NCBI GenBank assembly: GCA_035622315.1
Contig: DASPVP010000084.1
Location: 1-62,226 of the forward strand
Length of the DNA: 62,226 nucleotides
Origin: Candidatus Acidiferrales bacterium
Lineage (GTDB): Bacteria; Vulcanimicrobiota; Vulcanimicrobiia; Eremiobacterales; Eremiobacteraceae
Reading direction: 5' to 3'
Shown here piece after piece: positions 1 to 8,581 of this stretch (position 1 is its first letter; each line of letters starts with the position of its first letter). Both the position numbers and the translations under genes were made by a program. The notes under the pieces are model-generated. The model worked only from the letters and a program-made list of their open reading frames with translations, searched no databases and was not told where the DNA came from.

Positions 1-1758
1 GGCGTCGCCGACGACCTCCTTCAGCGCGCGCTGGAGCAGGTGGGTGACGCTGTGGTGGCGGCGCACCTCACGACGCCAAGCGGGATCCACCTGTGCCTCG
101 ACCGTCTCGCCCGCATGGAGCTCACCCGAAACGACCCTGCCTTTATGGAACACACGTTTTGCGGTCTTGTCCTGATGCTGCGCGTCCGTCACGTCGAAGG
201 TCGCTGACGGCGTCGCGAGAACGCCCCGATCGCCCGCCTGCCCGCCGCGTTCCGCGTAGAACGGGGTGCGGTCCAAAACCACGACGCCGTTTTGGCCGGC
301 CGCGAGCACAGCCACGGTCTTGCCCGACTCGTCATAAAGGGCGGTGACAAGGCCCTTGGCGTTCAGGCTTTCGTACCCGACGAAGTCCGTTCCAGGAAGA
401 TCGATCGCCTCGCCGCCTGTCACTTTGATGGTCGCGCGTTTCGCCTGCGCGTCCTTGCGCGCGCGCTCGCGCTGCCGGTCCATGGCTTGGTGATAGCCTG
501 CGGTATCTGCCACAAGACCGTTCTCGTTCGCGATCTCGGTGGTCAATTCGAGCGGAAAGCCATAGGTGTCATGGAGTTCGAAGATCTGCTCGCCGGGTAG
601 GCTGACCTCGTGGTTCGCCTTGAGGGCGCTGATTATAGCCGCGAGGCGTCCTTCACCGCGCTCGAGCGTGCGGTCGAAGAGCTTCTCCTCCTCTGCGATG
701 ATCCGTTGGACGCGTGCCTGCGCTTCGACGAGTTGCGGATAGCCGTCGCGCAACGAGGCGATGACCGGCGCGACCAGGCCGCTCAGGAAGCCGTCGCCGA
801 GCCCGAGCCGCTTCCCGCTGCGCAGCGCGCGTCGCATCAGAAAGCGCATGACATAGCCACGATCGGTGTTCGATGGGCTCACCCCATCCGTGGCCAAGAA
901 CACGACCGCTCGCGCGTGATCGGCGATGATGCGCCGGTGCACGGCGGCGTCTTCGAGCGAAAGCGAACTCGCTGCGACCGGCTTCGGCAACGCCTCGATG
1001 ATGCTCACGAACAGGTCGGTGTCGAAGATCGACGTCTTACCTGCGAGGATCATGCAGAGCCGTTCGAACCCCATGCCCGTATCGATCGCGGGTTTGGGCA
1101 ACGGGGCCAACGTGCCGTCCGATGTACGGTCGAATTGCTGGAACACGAGATTCCAGAATTCGACGTAACGATCGCAGTGCGGACAGCCCACGCCGCAATC
1201 GGCTCGTCCGCAGCCGACAGAATCGCCGAGGTCGTAGAAGATCTCAGAACACGGGCCGCATGGCCCTGTAGGACCCATATCCCAGAAATTATCTTCGCGG
1301 AACCGCGTGATGCGTTCGGCCGGCAGACCCACCGCATCGCGCCAGAGAGCGGCCGCCTCGTCGTCGTCGACATACACGGTCGCGTAGAGGCGCTTTGGGT
1401 CGAGGCGCAGCTCTTTCGTCAGATACTCCCACGCCCAGACGATGGCATCACGCTTGTAGTAGTCGCCGAACGAAAAATTCCCAAGCATCTCGAGGAAAGT
1501 GCCGTGCCTGCCCGACCGGCCCACGTTCTCGATGTCGTTCTTCCCGCCGGCCACGCGCAAGCATCGCTGCACCGTGACGACGCGCGGGGCGGGTGCCGGT
1601 TCCTCGCCGAGGAAGGCCGGAACGAACTGCTCCATGCCCGCGATCGTGAAGAGGGTCGTCGAAAGCGCGTGCGGCACGAGGCTCGCGCCGGGCAGCTGTT
1701 TATGCCCCTTGGCGACAAAGAAGTCGACGAAGGACCTGCGGATCTCCTGAGATGTCAT
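1..1758 (-). CDS. alaS: alanine--tRNA ligase, N-terminal ~586 codons (3' part lies beyond window start)
   Basis: Not in ORF track (no stop in window). Reverse complement from ATG 1758..1756 reads MTSQEIRRSFVDFFVAKGHKQLPGASLVPH..FTIAGMEQF..GRHGTFLEMLGNFSFGDYYK. The frame stays open to base 1, with the editing-domain HHSVTHLLQ near the edge. Confidence 0.9.
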   Translation of the reverse strand, partial: MTSQEIRRSFVDFFVAKGHKQLPGASLVPHALSTTLFTIAGMEQFVPAFLGEEPAPAPRVVTVQRCLRVAGGKNDIENVGRSGRHGTFLEMLGNFSFGDYYKRDAIVWAWEYLTKELRLDPKRLYATVYVDDDEAAALWRDAVGLPAERITRFREDNFWDMGPTGPCGPCSEIFYDLGDSVGCGRADCGVGCPHCDRYVEFWNLVFQQFDRTSDGTLAPLPKPAIDTGMGFERLCMILAGKTSIFDTDLFVSIIEALPKPVAASSLSLEDAAVHRRIIADHARAVVFLATDGVSPSNTDRGYVMRFLMRRALRSGKRLGLGDGFLSGLVAPVIASLRDGYPQLVEAQARVQRIIAEEEKLFDRTLERGEGRLAAIISALKANHEVSLPGEQIFELHDTYGFPLELTTEIANENGLVADTAGYHQAMDRQRERARKDAQAKRATIKVTGGEAIDLPGTDFVGYESLNAKGLVTALYDESGKTVAVLAAGQNGVVVLDRTPFYAERGGQAGDRGVLATPSATFDVTDAQHQDKTAKRVFHKGRVVSGELHAGETVEAQVDPAWRREVRRHHSVTHLLQRALKEVVGDA

Positions 1759-1789
1759 CACCTATCGGTGAGATGTTGGCGTCTGCGGG

Positions 1790-2578
1790 CTAATCTTCTT
1801 TTAAGCGCGCGCGCATCTTGTCGAGCGCCCGCTGTTGGAGCCGTGAGACGTGCATCTGCGAAACCCCGAGGCGGCGCGCCACTTCAGCCTGCGGCATGCT
1901 CTCGAAGAAGCGCAGATAGACCACGATCCGCTCGCGCCGGTCGAGCGCGCCGATGGCTTCGCCTAGGTTCGCAGTCTCTTCAAGCCGGTCGAGCTCGGGG
2001 TCGGGTCCGCCGAGGTGATCGTGCAGCGTCGCAGCGCCTGGTTCGCCCGACGCTGCAAGCTCTGCGTCGAGCGAGAGCACATTGTACAGATGACCGAGCT
2101 CTTGCGCTTCGATGATCTCTTCTTCGCTCGCCCCCAAGCGGCCGGCGAGGTCTTTGACCGTGGGAGCTCGACCGAGCTCTTGTGTCGTGGTCTCGAGCGC
2201 TCGGTTCACAGCGAGGTTGAGCTCTTGCAAGCGGCGCGGCACGCGGATGGCCCAACCCTTGTCGCGGAAATGCCGCTTGATCTCACCGATGATGGTTGGC
2301 GTCGCGTAGGTCGTGAACTCGACGCCGCGATCCACGTCGAACCGGTCGATCGCTTTGATCAACCCCACCGTTCCCACCGAGATGAGGTCGTCCAGCTGCT
2401 CGCCGCGATTGGCGAAGCGGATCGCGAGGTAGCGAGCGAGGTTGAGATGCGCGACGACCAGCTCGTCGCGGAGTTTGGGGTCGTGCGTCCGCGCAAACGC
2501 GCGGAACTGCTCGCGCGTCGCTTGGCGGTCGAACCGCTCCTCGAGTCCGCCCGGTACACCGATGCCAGAACCGCGCAT
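1790..2578 (-). CDS. sigB: group-3 sigma-70 family sigma factor (SigB/SigF-like)
   Basis: 262 aa with region 2 (DDLISVGTVGLIKAIDRFD, FTTYATPTIIGEIKRHFRD) and a region 4 HTH (EVARRLGVSQMHVSRLQ). Lies directly downstream of the anti-sigma and antagonist genes. Confidence 0.88.
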   Translation of the reverse strand: MRGSGIGVPGGLEERFDRQATREQFRAFARTHDPKLRDELVVAHLNLARYLAIRFANRGEQLDDLISVGTVGLIKAIDRFDVDRGVEFTTYATPTIIGEIKRHFRDKGWAIRVPRRLQELNLAVNRALETTTQELGRAPTVKDLAGRLGASEEEIIEAQELGHLYNVLSLDAELAASGEPGAATLHDHLGGPDPELDRLEETANLGEAIGALDRRERIVVYLRFFESMPQAEVARRLGVSQMHVSRLQQRALDKMRARLKED

Positions 2579-2584
2579 CCTATC

Positions 2585-3022
2585 CTACGTGCGCAAGAAC
2601 TTCGTCATGGTGAGACGGGTGCCCGATGCCGGATCCAGCTCGTACTCGACGTCATCCATCAGCGAGCGGATCAAGAACACTCCCAGACCCCCGACCTTTG
2701 GTTCGCCGAGCTGGCGCGGTGCAAGCGAGCTGTGGCTTGCCACTTTCCCGCTGTCCTCGACGGTCAGGACGAGCTTGTCGCTTTTGATCCGGCATGAGAT
2801 GGAGATGCTGTCCGATTCAGCCGCGTGTTGGATGCAGTTCGTGCACGCCTCGGCGACGGCGAGCTTGAGGTCTTCGATGTCTTCGATAGAGAACTGCAGC
2901 CGGCTCGCGATGCCCGCCACAGCCAGACGCGCCACCCCGACCCACTCCGCGCGGCTCGGGATCTTCAGTTCGACGAGCCCGCCGTCTTCGGTCTTCGGAT
3001 CCAACGTCAGAGGCTCTCGCAT
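2585..3022 (-). CDS. rsbW: anti-sigma factor serine kinase (RsbW/SpoIIAB-like, HATPase_c)
   Basis: Motifs EACTNCIQHA and GGLGVFLIRSLMDDV. Track ORF start 3106 trimmed to ATG 3022 (MREPL), giving a 16-nt overlap with the upstream STAS gene. Confidence 0.85.
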   Translation of the reverse strand: MREPLTLDPKTEDGGLVELKIPSRAEWVGVARLAVAGIASRLQFSIEDIEDLKLAVAEACTNCIQHAAESDSISISCRIKSDKLVLTVEDSGKVASHSSLAPRQLGEPKVGGLGVFLIRSLMDDVEYELDPASGTRLTMTKFLRT

Positions 3023-3354
3023 GCCGCCGCTTCGGTGTCGAAGATGCCGAAGATCTTCACAAGACCCGTGATGTCGAAGATCTTCTTGATCTGCGGATTC
3101 GTGCACACGAGATTGACCGCGCCGGAGTGCTCGCGGACGCGCTTGAGACCGCCGATCAACACGCCGAGGCCTGTCGAATCGATGTACCGCACGTTCTCGA
3201 GGTTGATGACGAGCGCGTAATGCCCCGCATCGATGAGCCCCATGATCGCTTCTTTGACCTTCGGGGACGTGTACACATCGATCTCACCGTTGAGGTCGAC
3301 GATACTGCAGGGCCGCTGACCATCATGGTCTCTGACGTTGACCTTGATATCCAT
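3007..3354 (-). CDS. rsbV: anti-sigma factor antagonist (STAS domain, RsbV/SpoIIAA-like)
   Basis: 115 aa; conserved phospho-serine region VRYIDSTGLGVLIG; position upstream of rsbW/sigB. Confidence 0.85.
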   Translation of the reverse strand: MDIKVNVRDHDGQRPCSIVDLNGEIDVYTSPKVKEAIMGLIDAGHYALVINLENVRYIDSTGLGVLIGGLKRVREHSGAVNLVCTNPQIKKIFDITGLVKIFGIFDTEAAACESL

Positions 3355-3372
3355 CGGTTTGTCGACGCTCCG

Positions 3373-3723
3373 CTACTCGGTCTCGAACTCTTGACGCTTG
3401 GCCCGCGCGGCCTTCTTGCCGGTCTCGATCGCATCGTTGAGCTGCGAGCGGACGTTGTCGAAGGTCTCGCGTCCGCGACGGCCGAGATCGTCGGCCTGCG
3501 TGCGCAGGTCATCGGCGAGGTCTGACGCACGGTCGCGCAGATCCGAGGCGAGGTCCATAGCCTTGCCACGGAATTCGTGCGCTTTTCCGCGGATGAGATC
3601 GCGCGTCTCTTCGCCGCTCTGCGGCGCAAGCACGAGCGCGACGACGGCGCCGATCAATCCGCCGATGATGAGACCCGAGACGAATCCGAGACCGGAATTG
3701 TTGTTGCGGTTGTCTTGCTCCAT
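3373..3723 (-). CDS. YtxH-family general stress protein
   Basis: 116 aa; N-terminal TM (GLGFVSGLIIGGLIGAVVALVLAP), then QSGEETR and charged helical repeats, as in the YtxH family. Confidence 0.72.
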   Translation of the reverse strand: MEQDNRNNNSGLGFVSGLIIGGLIGAVVALVLAPQSGEETRDLIRGKAHEFRGKAMDLASDLRDRASDLADDLRTQADDLGRRGRETFDNVRSQLNDAIETGKKAARAKRQEFETE

Positions 3724-3792
3724 GACGATGCTCCTTACGGGTGGGGTGCGCGCACGTCCGGCGGGGCGAGGACGTCGATCGCGCCTAAAGGG

Positions 3793-4191
3793 TTATTCCC
3801 GCGATGCGCCGTTTTGACGCGAGCGGAAGAAGGATTGCGCGCCTTTCGAGATGCCGGCGACGACGCCGACGACGTTGGCGACGGCCGGCGAGACGGCGGA
3901 CTGGGCTTTGTCTGCGGCTTTTGCGACACCCGTCGCGGCCTGCTCGAGGGTCTGGGTCAACTTGTCGATGCGGCCGACCATACTGTCGATGTTGCCAGCG
4001 ACGCCGCTCACGTGGTCGAGCGTGCGGGTCGTGGGCGCTTGCAGCGAGTCGAGCAGCTGCTCGGTCTTGCGCAGGTTATCATCCGTGGTCGCAAGCACGC
4101 GGCCAAGCCGGGCGAAGACGAACGCGAGGCCGATAGCGACGATGAGCGCGGCTGCGCCGATCGCGAGCCACATAAAGTCCAAGCTGCTCAT
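3793..4191 (-). CDS. DUF948 (YtxG-like) membrane-anchored protein
   Basis: Track ORF 3793..4425 trimmed to ATG 4191 (MSSLDFMWLAIGAAALIVAIGLAFVFA): one TM plus an Ala/Val-rich helical region. ATGA overlap with the desulfurase stop. Confidence 0.68.
   Translation of the reverse strand: MSSLDFMWLAIGAAALIVAIGLAFVFARLGRVLATTDDNLRKTEQLLDSLQAPTTRTLDHVSGVAGNIDSMVGRIDKLTQTLEQAATGVAKAADKAQSAVSPAVANVVGVVAGISKGAQSFFRSRQNGASRE
3795..3818 (-). promoter_or_regulatory. candidate SigB-type promoter (GTCAAA-N12-GGGAAT) upstream of the ytxH-like gene
   Basis: Minus strand reads GTCAAAacggcgcatcgcGGGAAT, compared with the Bacillus sigmaB consensus GTTTAA-N12-15-GGGWAW. The -10 lies ~72 nt upstream of ATG 3723 and overlaps the DUF948 stop. 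Confidence 0.22.
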
Positions 4192-5393
4192 GGGTGGACG
4201 CGAGGCTTCCTCAGGGCGCTCGGTTGTGCCTCCCCCGCCACCGTCAGGTCGCTCGACAATGCACGCAGCCGCTCGACGAGCGGCGGGAGGACCTCCATCA
4301 CACGGTCGATCTGCGCTTCGGTCGTGGTCCGCCCGAGCGATAGCCGGATGGCCCCGCGCGCTTTCGCCGCCTCCAAACCGAGCGCGGATTGGACGTGCGA
4401 GGGTTCGAGCGAACCCGTGCTGCACGCGCTGCCGGTCGAGACTTCGATACCGGCCAGATCGAGCCCGACGACGAGCGTGTCGCCTTCAATCCCGTCGAAG
4501 CGGAGGTTGACGTTGTTGGGGAGCCGGGCCTCGCGCGGTCCGTTGCATGCTGCGCCTTGAACGTGCGCGAGAACGCCATCGATGAGCGCGTCGCGCAGGC
4601 GGCCGACGCGCGGTCCTGTGTCGGGGAGTTCCTTGACGGCAAGCTCGAGCGCGATGGAGAGTGCGATCGCACCGGGCACGTTCTCCGTCCCCGAGCGGCG
4701 CCCGGACTCTTGACCGCCGCCGAAGATCAGCGGGGCAAGCGGAAGACCACGACGCACGACGAGCGCGCCGATGCCTTTGGGTCCTTCGAACTTGTGCGCG
4801 GAGAGCGACAGCAGGTCGACCGCGAGCGCGCTCACATCGACTGGGATGTGGCCGACCGTCTGGACGGCGTCGGTGTGAAAGATCGCCCCGCGTTCGTGCG
4901 CGACAGCTGCCAGGCGCGCGATGTCCTGTAGCGTGCCGACCTCGTTGTTGCCGTGCATGACGCTGACCACGGCTGGTGTTCCATCGAGCGCCGCACGCAA
5001 CTCGTTCGGATCGACGACGCCCTCGCGGTCGACCGCGAGAATCGTCACGCGGTGACCGCGGGCCCGCAACGCATCCGCGGCATGCAGCACGGCGTGATGC
5101 TCGATGCTCGTGGTGACGAAGTGGGCGCGGGCGAAGCTGCCGGTCAAAGATCCGAAGATCGCGAGGTTGTCTGACTCCGATCCGCCCGACGTGAACACGA
5201 TCTCGTCTGGCTCGGCGTGCAAGCTCTCCGCGATCTTCCGGCGCGCCTGCGCAAGCGCGCGGCGCACCCGCTGTCCGCGGTGGTGAGGACTCGACGGATT
5301 TGCGAACTCCTCGCCGAAATACGGGAGCATCGCCGCGAGGACTTCCGGCCTTGTCGCGGTGGTCGCCGCGTTGTCCAGGTAGACACGCTCCAT
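4188..5393 (-). CDS. cysteine desulfurase (class V aminotransferase, NifS/IscS family)
   Basis: 401 aa; MERVYLDNAATT start, PLP-lysine motif SAHKFEGPKG, active-site loop STGSACS. Confidence 0.9.
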   Translation of the reverse strand: MERVYLDNAATTATRPEVLAAMLPYFGEEFANPSSPHHRGQRVRRALAQARRKIAESLHAEPDEIVFTSGGSESDNLAIFGSLTGSFARAHFVTTSIEHHAVLHAADALRARGHRVTILAVDREGVVDPNELRAALDGTPAVVSVMHGNNEVGTLQDIARLAAVAHERGAIFHTDAVQTVGHIPVDVSALAVDLLSLSAHKFEGPKGIGALVVRRGLPLAPLIFGGGQESGRRSGTENVPGAIALSIALELAVKELPDTGPRVGRLRDALIDGVLAHVQGAACNGPREARLPNNVNLRFDGIEGDTLVVGLDLAGIEVSTGSACSTGSLEPSHVQSALGLEAAKARGAIRLSLGRTTTEAQIDRVMEVLPPLVERLRALSSDLTVAGEAQPSALRKPRVHP

Positions 5394-5453
5394 CGGTACA
5401 CGTTTTGGCCCGCGGGGTCGGCCGAGCCTGCACCGCGAAGTCTCACACCCACC

Positions 5454-6767
5454 ATGACCTCGGACCCATCACTTTTCCCCGACGCGTCCGGCGCCGACGT
5501 GGCGGATGTAGATGAAACGCTGCCGACGGGCGCTCCGCTCGCGGCGCGCATGCGCCCTCGCTCGCTTGACGAGTTCGTGGGTCAGACGCACGTGGTGGGT
5601 CCGCGCACCGCGTTGCGGGTGGCCATCGCGAAGAAAGCGGTCCCCTCGATCGTGCTGTGGGGACCCCCGGGAACCGGGAAGACGACGCTTGCGCGGCTCA
5701 TCGCGATGGAGACGGGTGCGAGGTTCGTCCAGCTCTCCGCCGTGAGCGCAGGCGTTGCCGATTTGCGTCGCGCGGTGGCGCAAGCCCAGCAGAGCGCGAA
5801 GGGCGGCCGCCGCACGATCCTCTTCATCGACGAGATCCACCGCTTCAACAAGGCGCAGCAAGATGCGGTGTTGCCGAGCGTCGAGCGCGGCGACGTCGTT
5901 TTGATCGGCGCGACGACCGAGAATCCGTCGTTCGAGGTCAACAAGGCGCTGCTCTCGCGTTCGAGGGTCTTCGTGCTCCATCAGTTGGACGAGGCTGCGC
6001 TCGGCGCCATCGTCGACCGCGCCGCGGCCGACAGCGAGCGAGGTTTGGGCGGGCGCGTTCGATTCGCCGAAAGCGCACGCGCGCGGCTTCTGGCGCTTGC
6101 CGGCGGCGACGCGCGCAGCGCGCTCAACGCCCTCGAGCTTGCAGCGCAGATCGCGGCGGCCAGGGGTGCAGATGCGCCGGTCACCGCGAACGACGTCGAG
6201 CAGGCCATGCAGCAGCGTGCCTTGCGCTACGATCGTGCCGGCGACGAGCACTACGATGTGATCTCAGCCTTCATCAAGTCGGTACGCGGCAGCGATCCAC
6301 ACGCTGCGGTCTACTGGCTTGCACGGATGCTCGAGGCAGGCGAAGATCCCATGTTTGTCGCGCGCCGTCTTGTCATCTTGGCGTCGGAAGACGTCGGGCT
6401 TGCAGATCCAACGGCGCTGTCGGTGGCCGTGAGCGCACACGCGGCCGCGCACGCGATCGGCATGCCTGAAGCGATGTACCCGCTCGTCGAAGCGACGCTC
6501 TATCTCGCTCTCGCGCCGAAGAGCAATTCAGGGCTGCGAGCATACTCCGCGGCAGCTGGCGCGGTCGAAGAGCATGGCTCGCTGCCGGTTCCGCTCCATC
6601 TGCGCAACGCGGTCACAGGGCTGATGCGCCAGCTCGGCTACGGCAAAGGATATCAGTACGCGCACGACTTCGCGGATGCGAAGATCGATCAGCAGCACCT
6701 GCCGGACGAGCTCCGCGACAGCACGTTCTACACGCCGAGCGACCAGGGTCGGGAAAAGCGGACCTAG
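5454..6767 (+). CDS. rarA: replication-associated recombination protein A (AAA+ ATPase)
   Basis: MRPRSLDEFVGQ, Walker A GPPGTGKTT, FIDEIHRFNKAQQD, MgsA C-terminal region. Track start 5217 trimmed to ATG 5454 because the upstream part is antisense to the desulfurase. Confidence 0.9.
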   Translation: MTSDPSLFPDASGADVADVDETLPTGAPLAARMRPRSLDEFVGQTHVVGPRTALRVAIAKKAVPSIVLWGPPGTGKTTLARLIAMETGARFVQLSAVSAGVADLRRAVAQAQQSAKGGRRTILFIDEIHRFNKAQQDAVLPSVERGDVVLIGATTENPSFEVNKALLSRSRVFVLHQLDEAALGAIVDRAAADSERGLGGRVRFAESARARLLALAGGDARSALNALELAAQIAAARGADAPVTANDVEQAMQQRALRYDRAGDEHYDVISAFIKSVRGSDPHAAVYWLARMLEAGEDPMFVARRLVILASEDVGLADPTALSVAVSAHAAAHAIGMPEAMYPLVEATLYLALAPKSNSGLRAYSAAAGAVEEHGSLPVPLHLRNAVTGLMRQLGYGKGYQYAHDFADAKIDQQHLPDELRDSTFYTPSDQGREKRT

Positions 6768-6788
6768 TCCGCAGATCAGGAGACTTTG

Positions 6789-8510
6789 CTAGTCGACGGC
6801 GACGCGGAGGACTTCTTCGAGCGTCGTCACGCCTTGCGCGACCTTGAGCAAGCCGTCGTGGTACAAGGTACGCATCCCCTGCTGCAGCGCAAGCGCCTTG
6901 AGCTCCGCCGTCGAGGTCCGTTCCAAGATCAAGCGTCGCATGTCGTCCGTCATTACGACGAGCTCGTGGATGCCGGCGCGCCCTTTGTAGCCTGAGCCTG
7001 CGCATTCGTCGCAGCCCTCGCCGCGCGTGAGCTGCAACGAGGTGATCGGGATGCCGTACTCTTCGAACTTCGGATGCATCGCTTTCACCGCTTTGACGCC
7101 GCGCTTGCAGGTCTTGCAGACGGTGCGCACCAGGCGCTGCGCCATCACGCCTTGCACGGAGGATGCCAACAGGAAGGGTTCGACACCCATGTCGATGAGC
7201 CGGGTGATCGCCGACGGCGAGTCGTTCGTGTGCAGCGTCGAGAGCACGAGGTGGCCCGTCAATGCCGACTGCACCGCGATCAGCGCGGTCTCGTGGTCGC
7301 GGATCTCACCGACCATCATCACGTCCGGATCCTGACGCAAGAAAGCGCGCAAGCCGGCTGCGAAGGTGAGGCCGACTTTCGGGTGGACCTGCACCTGATT
7401 GATGCCTTGGATGTTGTATTCGACCGGATCTTCGATCGTCACGATCTTCGTGTCTGGACGGTTGATCGTGTTCAGGGTTGCGTACAACGTCGTCGATTTA
7501 CCGGAGCCGGTCGGCCCGGTCACGAGGATGACGCCGTTCGGCATGGTGATGAGCTTGCGCCAGCGCTCGAGGATCGCGCCGTCAAAGCCCAGCTGGTCGA
7601 GCTCGACCATGACGCTCTTGCGGTCGAGGATACGCATGACGATCGATTCGCCCCACAAGGTCGGAAGGTCGGCGACGCGCAGGTCGTATCGGTCGCGCTT
7701 GATGTTCACCTGGATGCGGCCGTCTTGCGGCACGCGCTTTTCGGCGATGTTCAGGTTGGCCATGATCTTGAAGCGCGAGACGAGCGCTTGCTGCAGCGTC
7801 TTCGGCGGGCTCATCACCTCGCGCAAGACGCCGTCGATGCGGTAGCGGACCATCAGCTGCCGCTCGAACGGCTCGATGTGGATGTCTGATGCCTTTTGCG
7901 CGATCGCTTGGGTGATGATGAGGTCTGCCAGGCGCACGATCGGCGCGTCGACCGTCACCTCATCGGGAAGCTGTTCTTGTTCCTTGACGACATCGACTGA
8001 ATCGCCGGTCTCGCTGACGATCTCTTGCCATTTGTTGTCGCCGCTGTTGTACGCGGCGTCGATGGCTCGTTCGATATCGTCGTAGAACGAGAGCACAGGC
8101 TCGGGGATGAGGCCCGTGCGGATGCGTACATCGTCGAGCGCGAGGATGTCGGTCGGATCGGCCATGGCAAGGGTGATCTTGTTGTCGACCTTGCCGATGC
8201 ACAGCAGGTGATGGCGCCGGGCGGCGGCCTCGGGGATGATGGTCGCCGTGTCCGGGTCGATCTTGCGGTTGGAGAGATCGACGTAGATCTTGCCGAGCTC
8301 TTCGGCACGCGCCCACATGACCTCGTCCTTGGGGGCGACGCGCATGTCGACGAGGATCTTCTCGAGCGGCTCGCTGCGCTGCTCCGCGGTCTGCAGCGCT
8401 TTGTCGAGTTGCTCCTGGGTGAGGCTGCCCTTTTCGATCAGGACGTCGGTGAATTTTCGATCGATGAAGTCGAGCAAGGCGGGTCCCTTCGCATGCGAGC
8501 GGACCCACAA
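6789..8510 (-). CDS. type II/IV secretion ATPase (PilB/GspE family)
   Basis: 573 aa; N-terminal GSPII_E_N-like region, Walker A GPTGSGKST, and a tetracysteine motif CKTCKRG..CDECAGSGYKGR. Confidence 0.85.
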   Translation of the reverse strand: MWVRSHAKGPALLDFIDRKFTDVLIEKGSLTQEQLDKALQTAEQRSEPLEKILVDMRVAPKDEVMWARAEELGKIYVDLSNRKIDPDTATIIPEAAARRHHLLCIGKVDNKITLAMADPTDILALDDVRIRTGLIPEPVLSFYDDIERAIDAAYNSGDNKWQEIVSETGDSVDVVKEQEQLPDEVTVDAPIVRLADLIITQAIAQKASDIHIEPFERQLMVRYRIDGVLREVMSPPKTLQQALVSRFKIMANLNIAEKRVPQDGRIQVNIKRDRYDLRVADLPTLWGESIVMRILDRKSVMVELDQLGFDGAILERWRKLITMPNGVILVTGPTGSGKSTTLYATLNTINRPDTKIVTIEDPVEYNIQGINQVQVHPKVGLTFAAGLRAFLRQDPDVMMVGEIRDHETALIAVQSALTGHLVLSTLHTNDSPSAITRLIDMGVEPFLLASSVQGVMAQRLVRTVCKTCKRGVKAVKAMHPKFEEYGIPITSLQLTRGEGCDECAGSGYKGRAGIHELVVMTDDMRRLILERTSTAELKALALQQGMRTLYHDGLLKVAQGVTTLEEVLRVAVD

Positions 8511-8581
8511 GGTCCGCTGTTACCAGTCATCGGTGCGCACGGAAGGGAGATACAACCCCAAAGCTGCGCGCGTGACGGGTG

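Noticed and set aside
610-2115. Long Arg/Ala/Pro-rich ORFs in the track. Examples: 610..2115 +, 10322..12451 +, 12901..14646 -, 31619..32800 -, 53143..55221 +, 53882..55252 +, 60432..61478 -.
   Set aside because: They lie antisense or out of frame to genes with clear conserved motifs. Their composition is typical of wrong-frame translation in high-GC DNA, and they have no recognisable domains.
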